34,026 nucleotides of DNA from Candidatus Aenigmatarchaeota archaeon (GTDB lineage: Archaea; Aenigmatarchaeota; Aenigmatarchaeia; CG10238-14; SpSt-28). The translations under genes and the position numbers were made by a program. This document shows, piece after piece, positions 9,263 through 18,560 of the stretch. How positions within the stretch are numbered: position 1 is the stretch's first letter; each line of letters starts with the position of its first letter. The DNA is taken from the NCBI GenBank assembly GCA_032249395.1, contig JAVVFY010000009.1, positions 1 to 34,026 of the forward strand, given 5' to 3'. The notes under the pieces are model-generated. The model searched no databases, had not been told where the DNA came from, and saw only the letters and a list, made by a program, of their open reading frames with translations.

Positions 9263-10480
9263 GAATGATAAAAAAGTATTAGTAGCACCATAAAAGAAAA
9301 TCATGCTTGGAACGAGTAAACAACCCATACAATGACTCCTTCTAACGTTTAGTTCGGCTGCTAAAATTCCAATAGCTCCACAAGTGAAAAACACTAATAA
9401 ACCAATAAAGCTTGTAAAAATAAAAACGAGAGAAGAAAGAAAAATAATTATTACAATGTTTAGGATTGAGTAGTTCACTTTTAGAAGAAGCTTATGAAAC
9501 TTTTTTGCAAAAAATAAAATGAAAACTATTGTTAGAGAAGATGAAATTAAAATTGAAGCTACTATTGCTAGAAAATCTTGAAAGTTCATTTCTGGTAAAA
9601 TTCTTTTAATAGCTACAGATGCTCCAGACCTTGGATTGTTAATCAAGTATAAACTGTTCAAAGAGAAAATCTCATTCGCCACATTTATTGCCCCTATCGT
9701 TACCAAAAAATTTCTTGGGTCTCCAAGTCCGGCTAAAGTTTGTGCTATTACTGCAGCTTGACTAACTCCGACTGCTGGTAGAAAACCAACAATCAAACCA
9801 AAAATTGAACCTAACAAAGAGGATTTAACAAAATCAATTTTCTTTATTTTTAACTTTTCGTCTATTTTTTGTCTTGGCAAAAAAGATTTTTCCTCTAGAC
9901 TTATTATTAATGTGCTTAAACCAAAAAATCCAGAAAGCATGGGGAAAAGAATATTCAGAGACGATAGAGAAGAATTTAAGACTATTATTCCAACGAATCC
10001 AGATAGAAGAAAAATTATAAGAGAGAATAGAATTTTATTTGATTGATTCTCTGAAAGAATCATGAAAAGGGAAACGAAAAAAATTAGATAGAAAACATAA
10101 GGTCTTAAAGTATAGTAAAAATCCTTAAAGAATGGAGAGAGAATGAAAACTAAAAATAAAGAGAAAAATATAGAAAAAATCGCTCCACTTAAACAAAGTT
10201 TTAAAGCTTCATAACCTCTTCCTTCTAGCAACAGTTTATGTCCGGGTAAAACAGAAATCGAAGTTTCGCTACTAGGAGCACCAAGAAATATAGAAGGAAA
10301 AAAGTTTGTAAGTAATTGAGAGATAGCAACGCTTGCGATAAAAATTGCTAACATTTCTGGCTTAAAAAATGTAAAAGTTAGGAAAATTGGCAAAAGATTG
10401 TTAATGCTCATTCCCGGTAGCAAACCAGTTAAAATACCAATGAAAGTTCCGAAAAATATAGCTAAAAAATACTCAATCAT
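9251..10480 (-). CDS. Tripartite tricarboxylate transporter TctA-like (DUF112) membrane protein
   Basis: GILTGLLPG, PSIFLGAP and SVLPGHKLLLEGRG motifs with many transmembrane helices. Confidence 0.85.
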   Translation of the reverse strand: MIEYFLAIFFGTFIGILTGLLPGMSINNLLPIFLTFTFFKPEMLAIFIASVAISQLLTNFFPSIFLGAPSSETSISVLPGHKLLLEGRGYEALKLCLSGAIFSIFFSLFLVFILSPFFKDFYYTLRPYVFYLIFFVSLFMILSENQSNKILFSLIIFLLSGFVGIIVLNSSLSSLNILFPMLSGFFGLSTLIISLEEKSFLPRQKIDEKLKIKKIDFVKSSLLGSIFGLIVGFLPAVGVSQAAVIAQTLAGLGDPRNFLVTIGAINVANEIFSLNSLYLINNPRSGASVAIKRILPEMNFQDFLAIVASILISSSLTIVFILFFAKKFHKLLLKVNYSILNIVIIIFLSSLVFIFTSFIGLLVFFTCGAIGILAAELNVRRSHCMGCLLVPSMIFFYGATNTFLSFLFI

Positions 10481-10842
10481 TCTATCACTTTTATATCGCT
10501 AGCTTTTCTTGGGATAATTTGCAATTTTCCTTTATATTCATCTACAACTCCGCTAACAACAATTTTTTGACCTTTTTTCAAGTTAAAATCCAAATACTTT
10601 GCTACGTTAGAGAAAATCGGAACGTTAATGGAAGAATTTTTATCGTATATTGTTAGAAAAATGTTGCCCTTATTATAATTTACGTAAACTATTTTGCCGC
10701 TAGTAGAAATAGTTTTTCCTATATATGTTGAATCTATTTCATTCAAAGGAACAAATTTCGGTTTTGAAGTTCTGGCAATATAAAAAAGTAAAATTATACC
10801 AAAAATCGTCATTGCAAAGCTAACTATTAAAATTTTCTTCAT
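10477..10842 (-). CDS. Membrane-anchored OB-fold protein
   Basis: N-terminal transmembrane helix followed by an OB-fold pattern (GKTISTSGKI...LKKGQKIVVSGVVDEYKGKLQI); 4-nt overlap with the TctA-like start. Confidence 0.75.
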   Translation of the reverse strand: MKKILIVSFAMTIFGIILLFYIARTSKPKFVPLNEIDSTYIGKTISTSGKIVYVNYNKGNIFLTIYDKNSSINVPIFSNVAKYLDFNLKKGQKIVVSGVVDEYKGKLQIIPRKASDIKVIE

Positions 10843-10909
10843 TAGTGATTTTGCTACAATAAAGAAAGTTAATTACCATAAGATAGTTTTATCTTTCTTA
10901 TAGTTTACT

Positions 10910-11170
10910 TCAAATGGTAAAGTATTTTTTGATTTCTTCAGAAATTTCTAAAAAACCGAAATGTAAACAAGCATCCAAATATGCCCAACAAATAACTATT
11001 GCTTCAAAAGCTCTCACAAAATCTTTTTTACCCAAAAAATGTTTAGCGTCATTAAAATAGCTTAAAGCGAGATTATAAACTTCCAAAGCCTTTACATCTT
11101 TTATTTTAACTTCTTTTAAAACCTTTTCCATTTTTTCGATTTCTTTTCTTGCCAACTCTTCAATCTCCAT
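10910..11170 (-). CDS. DUF357 family protein
   Basis: YFNDAKHFLGKKDFVRAFEAIVICWAYLDA matches the archaeal DUF357 pattern. Confidence 0.75.
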   Translation of the reverse strand: MEIEELARKEIEKMEKVLKEVKIKDVKALEVYNLALSYFNDAKHFLGKKDFVRAFEAIVICWAYLDACLHFGFLEISEEIKKYFTI

Positions 11171-11204
11171 AACTATTTATAGAGATATTTTTAAATTAAG
11201 AAAA

Positions 11205-12401
11205 ATGGAAGAACTTTTAATAAAAATCTTAATTTCTTTAGCTTTAGGGGCATTGATTGGGATAGAAAGAGAGAAGAGAATGAAAGAAAGCTTTGCTGGT
11301 TTTAGAACATTCATGTTGGTTTGTTTATTCGGTCTAATTTCAAGTTATTTATCAAACATCTTAAATAGCTTAATTCTTATTATTTCGTTTCTAGCAGTAA
11401 GCCTATTATGTACTCTAAATTTTTATAGAAGAGTTATACATAGAATAGGGAAGGGGATAACTACAGAAATTGCTTTTCTCTTAACCTTTCTAATAGGAGT
11501 TATAATATACTACGAAAGTTATCCTTATGTTATATCTTTGTTTATAGGATTCTTACTTACGTTAATTTTAGTATTGAAAGAAAGCTTACATGAATTTGCC
11601 CATAAAGTAACTAGAAGAGAAATAGAAGATTTTATAATTTTTGGATTGGCAGCTTTAGTTATTTATCCTATTTTGCCAGATTATCCCATCGATCCATTCA
11701 ACTTACTAAAGCTTAAGTTCATTTGGAAGGCGCTGGTAGCTATATTTGGATTGAGCTTTCTAGTTTATTCTATTTTCAGAATATTAGAAAAGAAAGCAAT
11801 TTTAGTTAGCTGCGCTCTAGGTGGGTTAATAAATTCTATCTACATGTCTTTTTTGCTTTCCTCAAAAATAAAAAAACCAGTTATAAGTCCTTTACTAGTA
11901 TCCGTTTCTTCTATGCTTTTAAGAGTTTATATATTAGTCTCAATAATTAACTATAAACTATTATTTTCCGCTATTTTCCTTCTTTTATCTTCTGCTTCAG
12001 GATTTATAATTTCGTATTTAATCTTCAAAAAAGAGAAAGAAATACTAAAGGATGTAAACATAAAATTAACTTCCCCAATCTCTTTTAGATTCACAACAAT
12101 TTACATTGTTTTCTTCTCTCTCCTGTACTTAGCAGCAAACTTAATAAATAATAAATTTGGTCTTTATGGCTTTCAATTATTGGCTAGTTTGATAGGATTG
12201 ATAGATGTTAATTCGCTAGCTGTAATATTCTCTTCTTTCACACTAGAAAAAGCTAAACCTTTACTATTAATTTTAACATGCAGCAACATAGTTGGTAATT
12301 CACTGATAATACTAAGAAATAACAGACAAATGTTCTATCATAGCTATAAGTATTTTGTGCTCTTGATTTTATTAAACATTTTATTTTTCTTGGTATTATA
12401 A
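11205..12401 (+). CDS. MgtC/SapB family membrane protein with DUF4010-like C-terminus
   Basis: LGALIGIERE, AGFRTF, GITTE and YPILPD motifs; polytopic membrane protein. Confidence 0.85.
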   Translation: MEELLIKILISLALGALIGIEREKRMKESFAGFRTFMLVCLFGLISSYLSNILNSLILIISFLAVSLLCTLNFYRRVIHRIGKGITTEIAFLLTFLIGVIIYYESYPYVISLFIGFLLTLILVLKESLHEFAHKVTRREIEDFIIFGLAALVIYPILPDYPIDPFNLLKLKFIWKALVAIFGLSFLVYSIFRILEKKAILVSCALGGLINSIYMSFLLSSKIKKPVISPLLVSVSSMLLRVYILVSIINYKLLFSAIFLLLSSASGFIISYLIFKKEKEILKDVNIKLTSPISFRFTTIYIVFFSLLYLAANLINNKFGLYGFQLLASLIGLIDVNSLAVIFSSFTLEKAKPLLLILTCSNIVGNSLIILRNNRQMFYHSYKYFVLLILLNILFFLVL

Positions 12402-12568
12402 TCTAGTAGAATAAACCATCTTTATTAATATTATAAACCAAGAAATTGGAAAAGTTGCTCGTCGCTTTGCAAATAAACTTATATCTAATTATTAGGAGTG
12501 CAAAACGGGATTAAAACAAGATTTTAAGTTTATATTTAGAGTAAGTTATGGAAGACTACTTTAACGAA

Positions 12569-13501
12569 CTAAAATTTACTATTAAGTTTCAAAACCCCAT
12601 TCCTCATTATTTCTTTTTCGTCAACAAAGATTGTTGGATCTTTAATTATTCCATCCAAATGAAAGCTAACATCATTTTTACCACCAAAACTAACATTATT
12701 TCCTAAAGCGAAATGGCAAGTTCCTAAAACTTTTTCGTCTTCAAGAATATTGCCTATAATCTTGGCTTTTGGATTTGTACCAATCCCGAACTCGGCAATT
12801 TGTCTTGCTTTTTCTCCAAGCTTTATAAATATTTTCTCTAAATTTTCGGAATCTCCTTTAACATCATAACATTTCCCATCTTTAACTTTCAATACAAGTT
12901 TTGAGCTACTTAACGGAAAACTATCAAAAACGATCGTCCCATTAACACTATCTTCTATTGGAGCAACGAAAACTTCACCAGCCGGTAAATTGCCCAAACT
13001 ACCCATTTCATTTAACCACCCATCATCTTTGTACCACTTTCTACCTTCAACAGAGAATTCAACATTCGTCCCATTTCTTGCTACTACTTTCACTTTTCTA
13101 GAATCTTTTACTAAATCCAAAAGATTTTTTGTAATTTCTTGTATTTGCTCGTAATCAGCTGTTAATCCGCCATTTGTTATACTAAATTCGCTCAAATTTG
13201 GCATGCTGGCAATTCTTTTACCTTTTCTAATACAATCTCTAACAGTTTTTGTGTGAGTAATAGAATAAAAAGTAATAGCAAATATTACATCTGATTCAAG
13301 CATTAGCTCTCTCCCTCTTCTTGTAGGTTCTTCCCCATCTCTACTTCTAGTTTTCATTACAAAAAGCTTTACACTTGCTTTGTCTTTCAATTCCTCGTAA
13401 ATTTTTCTTCCAATATCTTCTTTTTTAAAATCTGTAAGCACTAATACTTTTTCCCAAGGTTTTACACCAAGAAGCTTTATTAAAGTTTCGCCTATTTTCA
13501 T
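12569..13501 (-). CDS. Aminopeptidase, M29 (thermophilic metalloprotease) family
   Basis: GNLPAGEVFVAP, AEFGIGTNP, EDEKVLGTCHFALG and HLDG metal-ligand motifs. Confidence 0.9.
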   Translation of the reverse strand: MKIGETLIKLLGVKPWEKVLVLTDFKKEDIGRKIYEELKDKASVKLFVMKTRSRDGEEPTRRGRELMLESDVIFAITFYSITHTKTVRDCIRKGKRIASMPNLSEFSITNGGLTADYEQIQEITKNLLDLVKDSRKVKVVARNGTNVEFSVEGRKWYKDDGWLNEMGSLGNLPAGEVFVAPIEDSVNGTIVFDSFPLSSSKLVLKVKDGKCYDVKGDSENLEKIFIKLGEKARQIAEFGIGTNPKAKIIGNILEDEKVLGTCHFALGNNVSFGGKNDVSFHLDGIIKDPTIFVDEKEIMRNGVLKLNSKF

Positions 13502-13582
13502 AAGATAATTTCAAGATGAAAATAAAATTTTATATTAAAATTTCGTGTTGTCTCCTTTCACCTATTTTATCACTAGACCCTA

Positions 13583-13945
13583 CTATTTACTTAAAAGCAA
13601 ATACATACATACTATCCAAACTATTCCCGAAGTTAGCATAAATATCGCTAAACCTATATTTTCTCTTGATATTGTTCTAGGGTAGTTTCTAAAAGCATAC
13701 TCAATAAGCTTTCTATCCTTTTCTGTCGGCATGCGAAGTACATCTAGGTAGATTGAAGTCGGACGTAGAATTCCTGACACATTATCTCCCCTAACATGTA
13801 AATAAGTTACTATTTCTCTAATTTCATTAGGCGATTTTATTTCTATCTCTTTACCCATTTCTATCTCTATACCAAGTGGCTCTAATTCTTTTGCAATTTC
13901 ATAAAGGTTTTTGGATCTCCAACTATACCTTATAAATCCAGTCAT
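13583..13945 (-). CDS. Hypothetical protein with C-terminal transmembrane helix
   Basis: 120-aa ORF with an ATG start, a TTTAAA-like element upstream and a hydrophobic C-terminus; no family recognised. Confidence 0.6.
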   Translation of the reverse strand: MTGFIRYSWRSKNLYEIAKELEPLGIEIEMGKEIEIKSPNEIREIVTYLHVRGDNVSGILRPTSIYLDVLRMPTEKDRKLIEYAFRNYPRTISRENIGLAIFMLTSGIVWIVCMYLLLSK

Positions 13946-14241
13946 ATTAATTGTTCTTAGAAGAAGATTATTTAAACATTAACCTCTACAATCATTTTTT
14001 CAAAATAATTATTGAGTGGAGTAGATTGCCATCCTTTTAGTTTTCTATAAATCTACTTCTACTTTTCGCTTCAAAAGTTTAACTGAACTAACTCCTAAAT
14101 TCATAAATTAAATTTGAGTGAAGTTATAAAATCGTAAACTAATGATTTAGATGATTTTTTATAAACAGCTTATTCATAAAGTAGATATAGAGTTGTTTCT
14201 CCACGAAACTACGCTTGTTGGTAATAAAATCTAAAAAATTA

Positions 14242-14718
14242 TCATTTAAGCTTTACATCTTTAGAAATCTCAAGCAATATTTTTTGCTCACACTTATCTT
14301 TGTATGTTGATACGAGTTTTTCTTTCCTTTCAAGAGATTTAACTGCTTGTTCTTTTGAAAAGTAAAAATCAACTTTTCCTTCATTAATTATATGTGCAAT
14401 TTGTTCGCATTCGTAGGATACATAATAACTACTTAGCGGATTATATAAAATAATTAAATAATACACAGGTTGTTTATGCATAATATAATTAACTATAACA
14501 ATATCATCTTTTTCTACTATTGGCACAACTTTTTCTTCACTAAACCCTTCCTTTTCAAGATTTTCCATTGACTTATAGAAATATAAAAGAATTTCTTCAT
14601 GCTCCTCAGAAATTGGAACTATGTGTGTGGGTATTTCCGAATCACTATCAATCTCTTTGACCAAAAACCCTAATAGTTTGTTCCCCTTCTCTATAGCATA
14701 ATATTTTCTTCCCCTCAT
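14242..14718 (-). CDS. Hypothetical protein
   Basis: 158-aa ORF with composition like neighbouring genes and a TATA-like element upstream; no family recognised. Confidence 0.6.
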   Translation of the reverse strand: MRGRKYYAIEKGNKLLGFLVKEIDSDSEIPTHIVPISEEHEEILLYFYKSMENLEKEGFSEEKVVPIVEKDDIVIVNYIMHKQPVYYLIILYNPLSSYYVSYECEQIAHIINEGKVDFYFSKEQAVKSLERKEKLVSTYKDKCEQKILLEISKDVKLK

Positions 14719-14817
14719 TTAATGCATGTTATAGAAAAATTATTTAAAGTTTTCAAGAGTGATTACCCATAAACTCATCAAAAGAAAAAAATTTAAAGCT
14801 TTAATTTTAAAGATAAT

Positions 14818-15114
14818 ATGAGGAGAAATTCAGAAAGCGACCTATCAGTAAATTATCATCTATATACAACGAATGATATAGATTCTTTTGATATAAATTC
14901 TTTGCTTTGGCTTAGATATTTTTATATGACGGATAACAGAGAAAAAGAAATTAAAAAACAAATTAGAGGAGAACAAGGAGAACAACATGAGATATGTATA
15001 TACAATACTCCACAAACCTACAAAGGAAACTTATTTTCTTTATTAAGGGAAGATCCAAAAAGAGTATATGGATATATTAGAAAAAATAAAGTCATTAAGA
15101 GGCATTGGCTATAG
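14818..15114 (+). CDS. Hypothetical protein overlapping the ATPase start by 47 nt
   Basis: ATG preceded by AAAATTTAAAG about 25 nt upstream; fills an otherwise empty gap; no motif recognised. Confidence 0.4.
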   Translation: MRRNSESDLSVNYHLYTTNDIDSFDINSLLWLRYFYMTDNREKEIKKQIRGEQGEQHEICIYNTPQTYKGNLFSLLREDPKRVYGYIRKNKVIKRHWL

Positions 15115-16801
15115 AAAATTAAAAGAAATCTCTTCTGAAAGAAAGATAGAACTTCCAGGCTTTTATATAAAGAAGGTAGGAATTATAAAAGAGTTACCAA
15201 GTATTATACAACCAAAAGAGCTGGATATAACCTATCCTGTATTAGAGCCTTTTTCTTATGTTAGAATTAAGTGGGATGATACCCAAAGAATGCTAATATA
15301 CAATGTAATCGAGCCTGAATTGAGCGAAGAAGAAAGAAAGAATCTCGAAAAAATTTCTAAAACTCTTATAGAATTAGTGGAAGTGGGTTTTGAAGAGATA
15401 AAAGAAGAAAGTAAAGCCATAGAATATATAAGGCAAAATGTTGATAAAATAATAAAAGATCTAGGAATGAAGCTTTCTGTAAACTCTTATTTAAAGATAA
15501 TGTACTACATTTATAGGAACTTTATTGGATACAATGAAATACATGTTATTTTGAATGATCCGTACATAGAAGATATTAGTTGTGATGGGGTAGGCATCCC
15601 TATTTATGTTATTCATAGAAAGTACGGTTCTCTTAAAACTAACGTAGTTTTTAAAGATGGAGAAACATTAAGAAAATTTATAGCAAAATTAGCTACTAGA
15701 TGTGGAAGATATGTTAGTTATGCTGAACCTATTTTAGATGCTACTTTGCCGGATGGAAGTAGAGTTGCCGCAACTATTGCTAGCGATGTAGCAACTAAAG
15801 GAGGTACATTTACTATTCGAAAATTTACGGAGAAGCCTTTTTCTCCAATAGAACAAATCGAGTTTAAAACGGCAAATGAAGAAATTCTAGCTTATATTTG
15901 GTATTTATTGGAACACAGAGCTTCTTTACTTGTTGTTGGTGGGACGGCAACAGGTAAAACTTCTTTTTTGAATTCAATTTGTATGTTCATTAAACCAGAA
16001 GCAAAAATAGTTTCTATTGAAGATACTAGAGAATTAAGGTTAACTCATGAGCATTGGATTCCAGGTTTGGCAAGACCAGGTTTTGGAATTCCTTTACCAA
16101 CCGGGGAAAAATACGGTAGTGTTACCCTTTTTGATTTACTAAAAGAAGCTTTTAGGCAGAATCCAGATTATGTTATTGTCGGTGAAGTGAGAGGACAAGA
16201 AGCTTATGTTTTGTTCCAGGGAATAGCTTCTGGTCATGCATCCTTAAGCACTTTCCACGCCGGTTCAGCTAGCGATGTTGTTAAAAGATTAATTTCTCCA
16301 CCAATTGAACTACCACCGCTATTGTTAGAAGGCTTAGATGCTATAATTGTTATGACTTTTGCAAAAGAAAAGGGGGGCTCTTCAAGAAGAGTAAAGGAAA
16401 TAGAAGAAGTTGTTGGGGTTGACGAAAAAGGAAACGTCAAAACAATTTGCGTATACAGGTGGAATGCTGTTACCGATACCTTTGAAAAAGTTAACGAGAG
16501 CTTTAGACTTAAGAAAATTGCAAATTATCTAGGAATTAGTTACGAGAATGTGTTGGAAGAAATAGAAAAAAGAAAGAAGTTTTTAATATGGCTTAGAAAA
16601 GAAGGTATAAAAGATTATGTAGAGTTTACTAAATACATAAGAGAATTTTACAAAAATCCAGAGAAATTTAAAGAAATTTTAGGTGAGATAAAAGTTGAGG
16701 AGAAAACGGAAGAAATAAAAATAGAAGAGAAAGCTAAGAAAAAGAAATATCCTTTGCTTTCTTTATTAGGTTTTAAACTTATGAAAGAAGAAGTTAAATA
16801 A
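15068..16801 (+). CDS. Type IV pilus/type II secretion assembly ATPase (TadA/ArlI/VirB11-like)
   Basis: DPYIEDISCDG, LPDGSRV, FTIRKF, Walker A GGTATGKTS, SIEDTRE, RQNPDYVIVGEVRG and GH...STFHA motifs. Confidence 0.93.
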   Translation: MDILEKIKSLRGIGYRKLKEISSERKIELPGFYIKKVGIIKELPSIIQPKELDITYPVLEPFSYVRIKWDDTQRMLIYNVIEPELSEEERKNLEKISKTLIELVEVGFEEIKEESKAIEYIRQNVDKIIKDLGMKLSVNSYLKIMYYIYRNFIGYNEIHVILNDPYIEDISCDGVGIPIYVIHRKYGSLKTNVVFKDGETLRKFIAKLATRCGRYVSYAEPILDATLPDGSRVAATIASDVATKGGTFTIRKFTEKPFSPIEQIEFKTANEEILAYIWYLLEHRASLLVVGGTATGKTSFLNSICMFIKPEAKIVSIEDTRELRLTHEHWIPGLARPGFGIPLPTGEKYGSVTLFDLLKEAFRQNPDYVIVGEVRGQEAYVLFQGIASGHASLSTFHAGSASDVVKRLISPPIELPPLLLEGLDAIIVMTFAKEKGGSSRRVKEIEEVVGVDEKGNVKTICVYRWNAVTDTFEKVNESFRLKKIANYLGISYENVLEEIEKRKKFLIWLRKEGIKDYVEFTKYIREFYKNPEKFKEILGEIKVEEKTEEIKIEEKAKKKKYPLLSLLGFKLMKEEVK

Positions 16802-16805
16802 TTTT

Positions 16806-17678
16806 ATGACACTGCTATCTTTTCCAGTAAAGTTTTTATCCCCCACTATAGAAAAAAATGAAAATCTATTTCTACCTTTAAAAGAAGCTCTTCAAAAAGC
16901 AGACATAAAAATGCCTTTTATTTACTATGCTAGTATTATGATATTTCTTTCATTGCTTACATTTTTCCTCGTCTTTTCTACATCTTTTTTAGTTTTCTAT
17001 TTCTCACTTAAAAGAAGCTTAATTATCTCTTTATTTTATTCTTATTTTTCTGCACTCTTGTCCTCTTTATTAATTTTTTTAGTAGCATATTTTTATCCTA
17101 TCCAAAAAGCTTCATCTAGAAGTAGAAACATCGAAGTTAATCTTCCATTTGTAGTTATTCACATGGGTGCACTAATGGAAACTGGTCTACCACCTTACCA
17201 AGCATTTAAGCTAATTTCTTCTTTTGACGAATATGGAGAAATAGCAAAAGAATTTAAGAAAATAGTTAGGAATGTTGAACAATTTGGTTTAGACCCATTA
17301 ACGGCAATAAAAGAAGTAGCTATTAGGTGCCCTTCATACGAGCTTCAGCAACTACTGATGGGTTTTGTAACTACAACTGAAAGTGGTGGTAATATAAAAC
17401 TTTATTTGAAGACTGTAGGTGAGCAGACTCTCTTTGAATATAGGAAAAAAAGAGAAAGATATATTAGAACTCTAGATATGATAACAGAAATTTATACTGG
17501 TGTTGTTATTTCGGCGCCTCTTTTTATGGTTGCTATGTTGGCAGTAATGAATATGATTCAACCAACTATAGGAGCATTTAGTATAAAAGATTTGGCTTGG
17601 CTAGGGACGTATGTTTTAGTACCTGCTTTAAATATTGCTTTTATTCTATTTCTATTTAGCCGAGAGGTCGAAATGTAA
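16806..17678 (+). CDS. TadC/type II secretion system F-family platform membrane protein
   Basis: IEVNLPF, YGEIAKEF, GLDPLTAI and TTESGGNI motifs with transmembrane helices; directly follows the ATPase. Confidence 0.88.
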   Translation: MTLLSFPVKFLSPTIEKNENLFLPLKEALQKADIKMPFIYYASIMIFLSLLTFFLVFSTSFLVFYFSLKRSLIISLFYSYFSALLSSLLIFLVAYFYPIQKASSRSRNIEVNLPFVVIHMGALMETGLPPYQAFKLISSFDEYGEIAKEFKKIVRNVEQFGLDPLTAIKEVAIRCPSYELQQLLMGFVTTTESGGNIKLYLKTVGEQTLFEYRKKRERYIRTLDMITEIYTGVVISAPLFMVAMLAVMNMIQPTIGAFSIKDLAWLGTYVLVPALNIAFILFLFSREVEM

Positions 17679-18529
17679 TGGAGAAAAAAATTATCATTCT
17701 TCAAGCTGTTATTGTTGTCTTTGTAGGTTTGCTACTTTATATAAACTTTACAGTAATAGCAAAAATAGAGGAATTAAGAATTGTCTATACTATTTTAACA
17801 TTTCTTTCTCTCTTTATGCTAGCATTACCAATTTTAATCTACTATTATATGAAGTATACTAAACTTAAGCACATAGAAGAGGCTTTCCCAATTTTTCTAA
17901 GAGATTTTGTTGAAGCAGTAAGGGGAGGTTTAACTATTCCTCTTGCATTTAGATCTCTATCAAAAAATGATTACAAAGAACTAACTCCATATATTAAAAA
18001 GATTTCAGCAAGGCTGGATTGGGGTATGCCATTAGATGATGTTTTAATGAGTTTTAGTAGAGAGGTTGGGTCAAAAACTATTTCGAGAATAGTAGCTTCG
18101 GTTGTGGAAGCACATAAGCATGGTGGTAATATTGCTGATACCTTTCAATCACTTTCTAATGTTGCCATTGAAATAGATAGATTAAGGAAAGAGAGACTCG
18201 GATATTTACAAGCTCAAATTGTTACAGGCTATATAATATTTTTTGTTTTTCTGGCAGTAATAATTGGAATAGAGAGATTTTTAATGCCAGCTCTATCTCA
18301 AGCTAGTAGCGTTACATTAACTACTGTAGGACAAGAGGCACAACAAGTAACTCAATCTGATCTAGGTATATTCTTTAAGAATTTATTTAGGAATTTAATA
18401 ATAATTCAAGGAATTTTTTCTGGGTTGGCAATTGGGAAAGTTAGTGAAGGAAGTTTAATTGCTGGTTTAAAACATAGCTTTTTCTTGAGTTTTATCGGTG
18501 GTTTGGTCTATTTGATTGCTGCCGCATAA
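17678..18529 (+). CDS. Second TadC/type II secretion system F-family platform membrane protein
   Basis: IEEAFPIFLRD, WGMP, HGGNIADT and GLAIGKVSEGS...GLKH motifs; TAATG overlap with the previous gene. Confidence 0.88.
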   Translation: MEKKIIILQAVIVVFVGLLLYINFTVIAKIEELRIVYTILTFLSLFMLALPILIYYYMKYTKLKHIEEAFPIFLRDFVEAVRGGLTIPLAFRSLSKNDYKELTPYIKKISARLDWGMPLDDVLMSFSREVGSKTISRIVASVVEAHKHGGNIADTFQSLSNVAIEIDRLRKERLGYLQAQIVTGYIIFFVFLAVIIGIERFLMPALSQASSVTLTTVGQEAQQVTQSDLGIFFKNLFRNLIIIQGIFSGLAIGKVSEGSLIAGLKHSFFLSFIGGLVYLIAAA

Positions 18530-18560
18530 ATCTTTAATTTATTTAGTCAGTAATGAATCT

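Noticed and set aside
13946..14241. Intergenic inverted repeat (AGTAGATT/AATCTACT) and a 12-mer AGAGTTGTTTCT shared with the first 70 nt of the window
   Set aside because: Matches this short are expected by chance in 34 kb of AT-rich DNA, with no array or IS-like structure.
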